A stretch of 63,886 nucleotides of DNA, filler included, from Octopus bimaculoides (taxonomy: Eukaryota), in NCBI RefSeq assembly GCF_001194135.2. It is 8 parts of 8 records of this genome, joined end to end, with 100 filler letters (N's around TTAATTAATTAA, not from the genome) between each part and the next. Parts side by side here need not be neighbours in the genome. Positions count along the whole stretch, not along the records: positions 1 to 21,340 come from NC_068982.1; 7 more parts are not named here. One strand, 5' to 3'. The position numbers and the translations under genes are program-made. The notes under the pieces are model-generated. The model did no database searches. It was given only the letters and a program-made list of their open reading frames with translations, and was not told where the DNA came from. Positions 1 to 11,799 of this stretch are shown here, one piece after another. The stretch's first letter is position 1, and each line of letters starts with the position of its first letter.

Positions 1-50
1 ATAATGCCCCTTATATAAATATAAACGAATATATATACAGATATATATAT

Positions 51-176
51 AACGTCCTGTACCCGAATATGCATCTATATATACATGCATATGTTTATAT
101 ATCATTTGTTTTATTATGTCATCGAACGCACGCGTCCATTTGCAAGTAAGTTTCAACTTTATATTTCTGACGCGAC

Positions 177-221
<45 letters not shown>

Positions 222-840
222 ACCTATCTATCTTTCTTCTTACATATCTCCCTCTCCCGCTCTGCTTCCTTCTGCTGTCCTTGCTTCTACCCTTTACTGC
301 TATACATATCTCTCTCCTCTTCCCCTATCTCTTGCCCTTCCTCTACCACTCCTCTCTCTCCTCACATGTGACTTCTGGTCACTACTCTCTTTCTCACTCC
401 AGCCAGCTTAAAGGCGAGACGAAGTTACTATCTCTCCGTCCAGCTTCGTCATTTCACTAGCGTTCAATGTCCCATAGCATTTGGCCGTACGGCTTTTTAA
501 TGTTGTTTGCACTGTCCAATTTTTCCTGTCTTGGTTTGTGTTTGCTACCTTGGAATCCTCTGTTTAGTGGGTTAATCCACTACTCAGGAAGAAACTATTC
601 TAAGAGTGCGTCCTGCCTTATCTTCGAAACGCCTAATTTTAGAATAGAGGCAGCGGATGAAGGAATAATTCCATAAGTGGCTTGTTTGTTTTCCTATGTG
701 TTCGTTCTGTTGCCTGTAAACAAAGTGCGTTTTGTTTTTATGCTCCCGTTCATTTTTCTAACGTCCTGTACCTGAATATGTATCTATATATACATGTAGA
801 TGTAGGTATACATGCATATGTTTATATATCATTTGTTTTA
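51..840 (+). repeat. Partial tandem duplication of a putative Penelope-like pseudo-LTR/terminal region
   Basis: 51-113 (AACGTCCTGTACCCGAATATGCATCTATATATACATG...ATTTGTTTTA) recurs at 760-840 with an 18-bp insertion. A diverged homolog of 51-158 lies at about 29690-29834. The terminus AGTAAGTTTCAACT resembles the end of the ORF-bearing PLE at 24721. The PLE assignment is inference. Confidence 0.5.
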
Positions 841-908
841 TATATATATATATACATAGATAGATAGATACATACATACATACATACATACATACGTACA
901 TATATACA

Positions 909-967
<59 letters not shown>

Positions 968-1389
968 NNNNNNNNNNNNNNNNNNNNNNNNNNNNNNNNN
1001 NNNNNNNNNNNNNNNNNNNNNNNNNNNNNNNNNNNNNNNNNNNNNNNNNNNNNNNNNNNNNNNNNNNNNNNNNNNNNNNNNNNNNNNNNNNNNNNNNNNN
1101 NNNNNNNNNNNNNNNNNNNNNNNNNNNNNNNNNNNNNNNNNNNNNNNNNNNNNNNNNNNNNNNNNNNNNNNNNNNNNNNNNNNNNNNNNNNNNNNNNNNN
1201 NNNNNNNNNNNNNNNNNNNNNNNNNNNNNNNNNNNNNNNNNNNNNNNNNNNNNNNNNNNNNNNNNNNNNNNNNNNNNNNNNNNNNNNNNNNNNNNNNNNN
1301 NNNNNNNNNNNNNNNNNNNNNNNNNNNNNNNNNNNNNNNNNNNNNNNNNNNNNNNNNNNNNNNNNNNNNNNNNNNNNNNNNNNNNNNNN

Positions 1390-2365
1390 AGCCTTTGGAA
1401 TGTCATCCTCGCTGAATGTGGCCGAGCATTATCCTGATGGAAGAATACCTTTCGTCTTGAAACCAAAGATGGTCGTTTTTCTTCTAGCGCTGACCTAAGT
1501 CGCTGAAGCTGCTCGCTGTAGATCTCCTTCGTTATCGTTTGGCTTGGGTTTAAAAGTTCAAAGAGGACTAAACCTTTCATATCCCACCAAACAGATAACA
1601 ATACTTTACGTGGATAAAGACCTTCTTTAGCTTGGGGTGCCGGTGTTTCTCCTTTTCCTACCCACTGTCTTCGGTGCTTGACATTTTTATAGAGAACCCA
1701 TTTCTCATCACCAGTCACTATTCGATTCAAAAAAGGTTCAGTCGTGAGACATGACAGCAAAGAAGAGCGCACATTCACTCTCTGCGCGCGATTAGGCTTA
1801 GAAAGTTTGTGAGAAACCCATTGACCCAATTTGCTAACTTTTCTGATGAAAGGTGTCGATGAATGGTTGACTTTTTCGCAGGTGTCGATGGATGGTTGAA
1901 TGACCAAATTCAAGCTTCGCTGATAGTTCCTCAACAGTTACAATGGGATTTTGTTCCACCAGGGTTTGCAGGACGTCCTCGTCGAGCTCTATAGATCTTC
2001 CAGGACTAAGCTCGTCTGCTAGGCTGTAGTTTCTGGCTCGGAATTTCTAGAACCACTGTTGACACTGGCTTATGCTTATCGTCCGATCCCCATATACTGC
2101 ATTAATATTCCTCGCACTTTCCACTGCATTGTTGCCTTTATTAAATTCATAAGCAAAATATGCCGAATATGTTCCTTTGCCACTTTCATTATTGCTTTGA
2201 AAAAATAACTGTTAAAATTGAATTGTACTCTTCAAAACATGTACTAAGAATAAGCACAAGGTAAAATGACTTGCTTTCATAGCAAGTTGATGCAGGTAAT
2301 TTATCCCGTCCCTCTCCAACTTTTAGTTCATGCAATTGAAAAAGCTGCATTATTTATGGGATGAC

Positions 2366-2372
<7 letters not shown>
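1390..2372 (-). mobile_element. mariner (Tc1/mariner) transposon, 5' two-thirds, inactivated; 3' end lost in gap
   Basis: The minus-strand translation has the mariner motifs WVSHKL, IVTGDEKWVLY, KVLLSVWWD and HQDNARPH. A frameshifted N-terminus MKVAKEHIRHILL lies near 2190. A TIR-like end TATTGGGTCATCCCATAAATAATGC abuts a (TA)n run at about 2371. Confidence 0.93.
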
Positions 2373-2413
<41 letters not shown>

Positions 2414-2419
<6 letters not shown>

Positions 2420-3130
2420 TGAAGAAATTGAAGGCATCACCTCAATTAAAGCTATGATTTTGAGGAACCATGAGATGGTGTGGCCATATTGTTCGAATGG
2501 CAGATGAACGCATGCCGAAACAGCTGTTTTATGGTGATCTTGCAGAGGGGAAACGCTATCGGTGTAAACCTTAAAAAAGGCTTAAGGGTGGTATAATGAA
2601 GTCAATTGGAATGGTTCCAGAAGATATAGAAACCCTTGCTTCGAATCGAGTTGGATGTCGAACAAAGGTGTGGAGTGAAAGCATTTGAAGAGGCCAAGAT
2701 AACGCACGTAAGACTCAAAAGAGATCTAAGGAAGACTGTAACGATCGAGAAGGTGAACGACAATGACTGTTTTGTGTGCACAGTCTGTGACAGACCATGC
2801 CTGTCTTTTGCTGGCCTCAAATCTCATCTGTGAATGCATGGAAAACAAACATCCACCAACTATTCTGCCTATATGTCTGTGCACACCTTTGAATGCAGTG
2901 TATGCCAGAAGGTTTGCAAATCCAACGGAGGCCTCAAAAGATATTTTAAGATCCACAAAGAGCAGAACTTATCTGCAGCTCTTGGTGGCCCAAATCAGAG
3001 GTGCAATCTATGTGGGTGTCTTTTGAGAACATTTTCTGGTTTAAAAAGCCACATCAGATGCCATGATGGTGCTAAGGTGTAGGTACAGGAGGTGGTCAAA
3101 CTCTGCATAAGGAGTAGACAACCACCATGT
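2414..3130 (+). mobile_element. RTE-clade (BovB-like) LINE 3' fragment with three C-terminal C2H2 zinc fingers
   Basis: Hand translation gives RWCGHIVRMADERMPKQLFYGDLAEGKR (RTE post-RT motif), then GVKAFEEA. Three fingers follow in one frame: CTVCDRPCLSFAGLKSHL*MH, CSVCQKVCKSNGGLKRYFKIH and CNLCGCLLRTFSGLKSHIRCH. The fragment is 5'-truncated at (TA)n and ends in (TGGA)n. Confidence 0.85.
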
Positions 3131-3189
3131 GTGTATGGATGGATGGATGGATGGATGGATGGATGGATGGATGGATGGATGGATTTTTC

Positions 3190-3395
3190 GTATCTATCAT
3201 TAGACTCCAGCTATGCATTCTGGGGCACCATCTTGAAGGGGAATAGTTAAACAAATCGAAATCTTATGTTTTTGAAGTCTCATAGATCTTCTATCGGCCT
3301 GTTTTGTCGAACCGGTAAGTTACGGGAACGTAAATAAGCTGAAACTGATTATCAAGCGGTGGAAGAACAGACACAAAGACACGCACACACATACA
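3190..3395 (-). mobile_element. SINE 3' half (family B), diverged
   Basis: Similar to 24105-24280 and 24520-24574 (CTGGGGCACCATCTTGAAGGG...CTATCGG...GAACCG..AAGTTACGGG.ACGTAAA). Confidence 0.7.
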
Positions 3396-4139
3396 AGCAG
3401 TGTCAAATGAAAAAGAGATGTCTTACATATGTAGTTCCCTGGGATACAAACTAAATCTTGGAAGCCTAGAAAAACAAAAACTGAGAAAGGTATCTGTGAA
3501 TGGCCGTTTTCATTCAATTGCTAACCTTTAATAAATCTCAAGTTCTCCTCATATTAAAGTACCGCTGAGATACATAGTATGTCTTTACTGCTACACACTC
3601 GAACATTCCTGGCTGGGAACCTTTTAGAGTTTATGCTTCAAGGATAATTCTGGAGGTTATTTACCATAAAAAAAGCATTCTCACTCTAATCAGATTGAAG
3701 AAAAACTACGTCGCTTCCATAAATAATGGTGCAAATTTAGTGTATGCTTCAATGCAAGTACTGCTTTATAATTACAAAGTGAATGATTACGTAATCGAGA
3801 TCTGTCGAAGAGAGAGGTTTATTAAAAAGGTAGCATGAAGCATAGCCATGTTCAGCATCTTCCCCGTCTCATAACAGTGATGAGTTGTTCAAATGAGCCA
3901 AACTAAACATAAACGGCGCAGCCTTTGAATAATTTAAAACGGAAGCCCGCTGCCTGAGAAGTGCAAGACCCAAGCATGATAGCGAATTTTTTTTTTTTTT
4001 TACAAAGAAATGCTATCCCAATGGGAACTACGAAAAGCATGTAATAAAGCAGAATACAGAAAATAACTACAAAATATGTGAAACCTATGAAAAAACAATC
4101 AATGAACTAGTTTATAGCTATCCAAAGGAAATTTTGACA

Positions 4140-4700
4140 GAGCTATAGTATTTTATGTCAAAATGGTCCTGCATACTGAACTGAACTCTGAGAATAGAAT
4201 TGCAACCATAAACTCCCTAGCGGTACCAGTTGTCCAGTATAGTCTTAATGTCATCCGTTGGAATCTGAGTGATCTCCAGCGTATGGACATAAAGACCAGG
4301 AAACTGCTGACACTAAACAGGATGCACCACCCAAAATCAGTCGTCCACAGGCTCTATCTCCCACGAAAGGAAGGCGGCAGAGACTTAATCCCGCTTAAAA
4401 CGTCCTTATAAAACGACCACGATAGGACTCCAATTGTACATCCAAAGTAACTCCGACTGAATGATACAGCTAGTAAAGCAACACGAAAGAAACTACACTC
4501 AATCTCAAAGGAGGTGTATAAATACAGACGAGAGCTTAACCTCCCTGATTATGATGATGATAAGGAGGACTCACCACCCACTAAGGCAGCAAAAAGTATA
4601 AAACAAAAGCCAAACAAGAAAGCTTAAAGGAATTATCAAGACTGTGGCAAGAGAAATCATTGCATGGGTAATATCCACAAACGAGCTGGGGAAACTGATG
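4140..4700 (+). mobile_element. R4/Dong-like (RLE-type) non-LTR retrotransposon fragment, post-RT region
   Basis: ELNSENRIATINSLAVPVVQYS...W...DLQRMDIKTRKLLTLNRMHHPKSVVHRLYLPRKEGGRDLI matches the R4-clade pattern AIN..AVPV..YS...W...LDRKTRK.LT....HPK.D..RLY.PR..GGRGL. Stops and frameshifts follow downstream. Confidence 0.8.
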
Positions 4701-4745
4701 TAGATAGGAGAAGGCAGACAAGTAGACAGGCTTGCGGACGGACAG

Positions 4746-4764
4746 ACAGACAGATAGACAGACT

Positions 4765-4852
<88 letters not shown>
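4746..4852. repeat. (AGAC)n/(AGAT)n microsatellite
   Basis: Direct reading. Confidence 0.97.
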
Positions 4853-4853
<1 letters not shown>

Positions 4854-5406
4854 AGTGGGTAGTCACGTAACTCGTGCGAAGCAATAATTAAACCTCAATT
4901 TGAAAGTAAGAGATCTATGAGCATAAGCATTTGCCAGGGGAGAGATGGTCAATCCATGGGTACTTTGGATATCTGAAAATAACGTTGAATATTTTGAATT
5001 TCATTGACAGTGAGAAAAGTCATTCAGGGCTGCTGAACAATATTGGTAAAAATTCTATGAATTAACACATTGCCAGCAGTAAACTTTCCTTATTTTTGTT
5101 ATATTGTGGTGATTTCAGTATTTGAGATAATGGATGTTGTGGGTGCCAGTCATATTATGGTTTGATGATATGAAAATACACACTAAAGTGATTGTGAATG
5201 CGTCAACTAGAACAACAATAGAAACAAGGTAGAGTCCTGCCCATTGCGGTGCTAAACGCTTTATTATGACTGAAGAAATATATTAATAATAGAATATAAT
5301 CGGTTGGCATTTCCATGAGTAAACAGCTGTACATGCAAAGACACATACACACACATACACACACACACATATACACACATATACATACATACACACATAC
5401 ATACAT

Positions 5407-5600
5407 ATTATTATCGGGGTACTGGGATATGTTACACACTGCCCAAATACCAATCTTGAGAAATCAGGCTTCTCAAAACCAGAAAGGAGAAAGCTGATTC
5501 GAAGACTACAGATCCAATCCATCTCTGAAACTGTAAAAATCTGTAAAATTTACAGAAGTTTATCATTTTAGTATATATGAGCATGTGTAGATATGCAAAT
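5407..5600 (+). mobile_element. RLE-type LINE extreme 3' end (endonuclease C-terminus plus UTR), 5'-truncated
   Basis: The frame from 5407 reads IIIGVLGYVTHCPNTNLEKSGFSKPERRKLIRRLQIQSISETVKICKIY. The iiG.lG and lQ...i..T.kI motifs are typical of R4/R2-like RLE C-termini. Flanked by (TACA)n on both sides. Confidence 0.6.
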
Positions 5601-5627
5601 ATATGCATGAGAATACATACATAAAAC

Positions 5628-6639
5628 AAAACATACAAATCTGCACACATACATACATACATACATACATACATACATACATACATACATACATACATGC
5701 ATACATACATACATGCATACATACATACATACATACATGCATATATACATACATACATGCATACACACATGCACATACACATACATACATACATACATAC
5801 ATACATACATACATACATACATACATACATACATACATACATAGTGTTGTGTCGACGCCCCCAGGTGAAGAAGTAGGATCTCCCAAGACATATAAATAGA
5901 GGTAGTCTGGCNNNNNNNNNNNNNNNNNNNNNNNNNNNNNNNNNNNNNNNNNNNNNNNNNNNNNNNNNNNNNNNNNNNNNNNNNNNNNNNNNNNNNNNNN
6001 NNNNNNNNNNNNNNNNNNNNNNNNNNNNNNNNNNNNNNNNNNNNNNNNNNNNNNNNNNNNNNNNNNNNNNNNNNNNNNNNNNNNNNNNNNNNNNNNNNNN
6101 NNNNNNNNNNNNNNNNNNNNNNNNNNNNNNNNNNNNNNNNNNNNNNNNNNNNNNNNNNNNNNNNNNNNNNNNNNNNNNNNNNNNNNNNNNNNNNNNNNNN
6201 NNNNNNNNNNNNNNNNNNNNNNNNNNNNNNNNNNNNNNNNNNNNNNNNNNNNNNNNNNNNNNNNNNNNNNNNNNNNNNNNNNNNNNNNNNNNNNNNNNNN
6301 NNNNNNNNNNNNNNNNNNNNNNNNNNNNNNNNNNNNNNNNNNNNNNNNNNNNNNNNNNNNNNNNNNNNNNNNNNNNNNNNNNNNNCACACATACACACAT
6401 ACATACATACATACATACATACATACAAACACACATACACACATACACACATACATACATACATACATACACACATACATACATACATACATACATACAA
6501 ACACACATACACACATACACACATACATCCATACATACATACACACATACATACATACATACATACATACAAACACACATACATACATACATACATACAT
6601 ACATACATACATACATACATACATACATACATACATACA
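5628..6639. repeat. (TACA)n/(CA)n microsatellite tracts around an N gap (5912-6385)
   Basis: Direct reading; these tracts produce the spurious YVCM-repeat ORFs. Confidence 0.95.
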
Positions 6640-7780
6640 TGGTGATTTTCCATCCTTGACCTCGCACATGATTATTCAGTCCTGCTGCAGATCCCGTTGG
6701 TTTTGGAGAATAGTGACAAACGAAAGTTGTAAATTATTGCACGCTTCTAACAAGTTAAGTCTGCACTTTTGCAACACCACAGAATTTTCAGAAGATGGAA
6801 TGACAAATGAGGTCGCCAGAAAGACATTTGTACGTAAATGGATTATTGTGATAAACGCTTGTATAACACGGGTACCACTCGCTGAGTTTCCGTAATTAGT
6901 ACCTAGTGCCAAGCCTAAGTAAGATAACCAGTAATCATTTGAAACCAGAGGTTTTATATCCCTTTCCAGAAGGATGCTGTGAAAACAACTAGGGGGTCCT
7001 TCCGATAATTTTACTGCACGCTGTAACACTAATCAAGGGTATCTCTGCGTCCCTACATACATACATACATAGATGTATGCATGCCTACGTGCATGTAAGC
7101 ATGCGTACACGCGTGTGTGCGCGTGCATGTATTTAAGATCAATACAAAGTCTTTGTGCACTTTTAAATTTGCATACCTAGTTCTATATATAGTATAATTA
7201 GTCTGTGAAAAGCATAATTGAAAGAATTTATTAGATTTTTATATAAATACATTCTTAATAGTGTTAATTTTCAGCATGTCGATCGTCATTAGATACACAA
7301 ACCATGATGCAATTCTGAAATTCTAGAAAGACGTTCTACTGCAGACTTTCCGTTATATCATGAATCACATTAAATAACCCAGTCTTTACATGTCTCTATG
7401 AAATAATAGTATCTTTTTTAAATAATTAATAAATGATTTCAGTAAATCTTTTAATCTACGATAGGTGATTCATCAGGCTTCAAAAGGTTCTTTATTGTCA
7501 TGTATGAAATTAAAGTAACAAAGGTTTTTAATTTAAAAATTAAAATATGCACAAATACTTTATGGAGTCCATAATACACTTTCTGACAAACTAAAGATAT
7601 GAACTGGCCACCATTGGAATATCTTTTATACGATGGTCTGCTAAACCAAATCTGTCCTGGGGTTAAACAACAATAACAAAGTTATACTGTGATGAGCCAA
7701 CAGGGAAGTCTCTGTGCAGTCTTTTGACCAACAAGAAATTGTAGCAAATTCTCTCTCTCTCTTTTTCTCTTCCTCTCTCC

Positions 7781-7812
<32 letters not shown>

Positions 7813-8954
7813 GAATAATAATGTTATATACATGTCCCCTCCATTTAATATGTTTACATTCACTTTAATGTTTTTCATATGGGTAGTAACTATGAATTAT
7901 TTGTTTTTTTAAACAATTCTATTTTTCTACGCCAGCCAACGTACGATCTCGTACATTTAAGCACGTATCAGTATTTCGTTGAATACGAAAATAGTTATGC
8001 TTCGTTGTGAGGTCAGAATAAGACCGAAAAGGGGAAAATTATATTCGTAATTGATATAGTTTATTTTCCCTCGGTGGTAGTTATGATATTTATAAATAAT
8101 ACAAAGTATACCTGTCAAACTTGAACAAACCAAAACACGCATTGAAAACAAGATACCAAACTTGAAAAAGCAACATCTTCCAAAAAAAAAAACGACACAT
8201 CAAGTAGATACATCAAAAGTACGATCTGAGCACTGAGGCAGCCACAAAAGAGACAGGATCAGATGGCCCGCATACAAGCCGGTCATGTATCCCAGTAGTT
8301 CCCTAGTATCATAACCCATGATAAATGAGTACTATGTTACAATGACAGATCCCCCTCCAAAGCTTCCAGCTCTTTCTTGACTCGGAAAGAAAGGATTCAG
8401 TCTTGTTTAAGAAACTGGTGATCAGCAAGATGCTATACCTTGTGGCTAATGCCACAAATAGGGAGTGTGTTTCCATTTCCTGTGTCAGATTGGAATCTAC
8501 TGTATTAATGCTGTCGCTAAGTCTGAAATAAGAAGGTTAAAATTTGGCTCATGCTACGTAACACTATGATAGGTTTTCCATCCGCAAAATTTTCTTCAGA
8601 GAGGAAACGCATCCTCAGTGCTATACAGTAATACAGGGTATACCTAAGAAAATTTTCCCAACACGAAAGGTAACTGATAGATTTGTATATCTTTTGTCTT
8701 TATTAACAGTATTTTTGTGGACAGATAAAACAAAAGAGGATTCATCTAAAATAGTTTAAATTTTGTGTTGTAATGTTATCAGCACCTGACTATTCCCTTA
8801 ACTTGTTCAAAGAGACACTATCTATAAACTCGCAGTTATTAAGGCCTTAAACAGGTTAAACTTATTTGCAAATGAAACGCATTCTTGACAGTTCGTTTAA
8901 TAATTTATTGTTGTTTAATAATGTTTTGTTTTAGTGCGAATGCACTGGATAATA

Positions 8955-9094
8955 TCCTTTCTACTATAAGCACAAGGCCTACAGTTTTGGGGTAGAGGGT
9001 AAGTCGATTATATCGACCCCAGTATTTGACTGGTACTTATTTCATCGACCCCCGAAAGGATAAAAGGCAAAGTCGACCTCAGCGGAATTTGAAC
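8955..9094 (-). mobile_element. tRNA-derived SINE family A, 5'-truncated
   Basis: The reverse strand reads GTTCAAATTCC (B box), GTCGACTTTGCCTTTTATCCTTTCGGGGGTCGATGAAATAAGTACCAG (Nin-domain-like core) and the tail CCTTGTGCTTATAGTAGAAAGG. Homologous to the 18689, 18925, 30082 and 54698 copies. Confidence 0.9.
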
Positions 9095-9270
9095 TTAGCA
9101 GCACTTCGTCCGTCTTTACGTTCTGGGTTCAAATGCCGTTGGAGTCGACTTTGCCTTACATCCTTTCGGGACCGATAAAATAAGTACTAGTTGAGCGCTG
9201 GGGTCGATGTAATCGACTTACCCCCTCTCTCACACTTGTTGGTCTTGTGCCAAAATTTGAAATCAATATA
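9095..9270 (+). mobile_element. tRNA-derived SINE family A, 5'-truncated, head-to-head with the previous copy
   Basis: GGGTTCAAATGCC B box, GTCGACTTTGCCTTACATCCTTTCGGGACCGATAAAATAAGTACTAG core and CTTGTGCCAAAATTTGAAATCAAT tail. Confidence 0.9.
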
Positions 9271-9950
9271 ACAATGGATTCTAGTAAATATTGTCTGTAA
9301 AAGACAGTTTTCTTTCTTTATATACAATGTGTTCATGGATAGAAACAGTTAGACTAGTTATAAACCTGTATTCGTATTTCATCAGCCACGATGAATCTTG
9401 TTCAACTCAACACAGACACTGGTAATAAACTGCATTAAGGGGTTAAGTAAATCGAACAGACCAATTTGCACGTAAAGCACATTCCTGGTTGCTTATTTGA
9501 TTAATAAATTACTAGTAGGACCCGTGTAAGTTCCACGGAATGGAAAAAATTAAGAGGACCCATTTAAGGGAGAAAGGATGATTTGCATTATTATAGCATT
9601 CATAATTTAGCTTTCTTTAAATATTCTTGACGTTCGTCTACATTCCTTTCCTTATGTCTCCATCGGTGATGTCTTTTTCCCTCTTTTTTTTTTTATTATA
9701 TCTTCTTGTTGTTCCTTTCTAATCCGTGCTCTATATCTGCGTGTCCTTTCTCGAGCAGCTTGCAACCTTGGTTCTTCTGAATCTAGAGTTAAGGCTAAAT
9801 TAACCTTTATAAACAAATATAAATTTCTTCAGCGAGCAGAAAATATATAATTGCACTTACATGTATACTATGGTCGCTATGAAGAAATATTAATTCAATA
9901 AAGAAAATACTTTTCAATATCAACACACCACTACCACCGCTATCTGCATA

Positions 9951-10007
<57 letters not shown>

Positions 10008-10305
10008 NNNNNNNNNNNNNNNNNNNNNNNNNNNNNNNNNNNNNNNNNNNNNNNNNNNNNNNNNNNNNNNNNNNNNNNNNNNNNNNNNNNNNNNNNNNNN
10101 NNNNNNNNNNNNNNNNNNNNNNNNNNNNNNNNNNNNNNNNNNNNNNNNNNNNNNNNNNNNNNNNNNNNNNNNNNNNNNNNNNNNNNNNNNNNNNNNNNNN
10201 NNNNNNNNNNNNNNNNNNNNNNNNNNNNNNNNNNNNNNNNNNNNNNNNNNNNNNNNNNNNNNNNNNNNNNNNNNNNNNNNNNNNNNNNNNNNNNNNNNNN
10301 NNNNN

Positions 10306-10360
<55 letters not shown>

Positions 10361-10683
10361 CCACCTCTTACTCATTCCACCTCCACCTTCTAACTAACTA
10401 ATGTATAACGGACGAACGAACGAACAAGCAGATTATTATATAGATAGGTGCATTCGCTGTTTTCTTTCAAAGCGATATTACACTGCAGAACATATCCGCG
10501 TATATATAGATTCTATATCCACTAACATATAATGACAAGGTGTTTTACCTGTCTATTACATACAGGGATGATAAAAATCTATAGATATATTCTGTTATAC
10601 AATATAGATTGTCAATAGACCAGTAATCTCTTTATTATATATGTTTAGACGACTTTCTGGCAGAATTGTTACCGACTGGAACA

Positions 10684-10860
10684 AAATACTAAGCGACGTT
10701 TGTTTCGGCGCTGTTTACGTTGTGAGTTCAAATGCTGTCAAGGTCAACTTTGCTTTTCATCCTTTTGGGTTGTAAGAAAAAGCAATTGAAAACTGGGTTC
10801 GATGTAATTGATTTCTTCTTACCTTAAAATCGCTATCCTTGTGTCAAAATTAGAAACAAT
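10684..10860 (+). mobile_element. SINE family A, diverged
   Basis: GAGTTCAAATG...GGTCAACTTTGCTTTTCATCCTTTTGGG...CCTTGTGTCAAAATTAGAAACAAT. Confidence 0.8.
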
Positions 10861-11364
10861 ATACCTCTTATTTTAAAACTATTAAAATGATATTGAAATA
10901 ATGGTGGTTCTTTTTGCACATCTATGAAAACACTGGACTGCAAACGCCTGAATGTATCTTACAGAATTTAGCTACGTACCTTCGCGTCCTAATTTTAAAT
11001 ACTACCCAAGTCAACGTTGTTTCACTGTGCTGGTAGAAGTACCAATTAAGTACTGAGCTCTATTAGAACTCATATATAACTAATACACACGCAAACACAC
11101 ATTCACACATTCATATACGCATACATTCATACATACATACATACATACATACATACATACATGATGGCTGCAAACTCGTGTTCGAGTATTGCCATCACCT
11201 GATCGAAAGACCAACACATGCGATGGCTACGAGCAACCATTTTTGAGACAGGTCCTACTTTTGCTTTTCAAGCGATGCCTGTGCATGATGATTTTTTTAT
11301 CGTGAGTAAAGGATTTGCACAAATCCAATCCCTCAGAACATGGACAACATAAACTCGAAAAGAG

Positions 11365-11395
<31 letters not shown>

Positions 11396-11396
<1 letters not shown>

Positions 11397-11757
11397 AAAG
11401 GGCAAAGACCCCACTTCTGTCATAAATAACCATAGGATTGTACCTAGAAAGTTACCCTCCAAGGCATTAGTCCGGGCAAGGTTATTTGTGGAAGACCAGA
11501 AGTCGCCCATGCATACTCCATGCATACTCCATGCATACGCCCTCTCCACGCCACCGATGTTATCCAAGGTAAAGGCAAAGGCCGATACAACTTGGCACCT
11601 GTGACGTCGCAACTCATATCTACAGCTGAGTGAACTGGAGCAACGTGAAATAAAGTGTCTTGCTCAAGAACACAACACACAACTCGATCCGGGAATCGAA
11701 CTCACTACCTCATGATTGTGAGCCTGATGCTCTAACCGCTGAGCCATGCGCCTTCAC
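11396..11757 (-). mobile_element. Full-length tRNA-derived SINE (family C) inserted in (TACA)n
   Basis: The reverse strand has an A box TGGCTCAGCGG, a B box GTTCGATTCC and a CORE/Meta-like TGTGTTCTTGAGCAAGACACTT. Its head is homologous to 44240. It carries an internal 11-bp triplication CCATGCATACT. Confidence 0.88.
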
Positions 11758-11768
11758 ACATACATACA

Positions 11769-11799
<31 letters not shown>

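Noticed and set aside
85-460. ORFs with IYLS/YLSI repeats, and the many [12 protein letters not shown] and CVCV ORFs throughout
   Set aside because: They are translations of (TATC)n, (TACA)n, (CA)n and (GA)n microsatellites, which lack stops in some frames.
5432-6669. Very long ORFs (300-500 aa), here and at 25503-26996, 51959-53092 and 56327-57412
   Set aside because: Their length comes from reading through N gaps; they are not real genes.
11700-11757. tRNA gene (also about 44240-44310 and 27687-27750)
   Set aside because: A and B boxes are present, but the sequence continues into SINE bodies and I see no complete cloverleaf.
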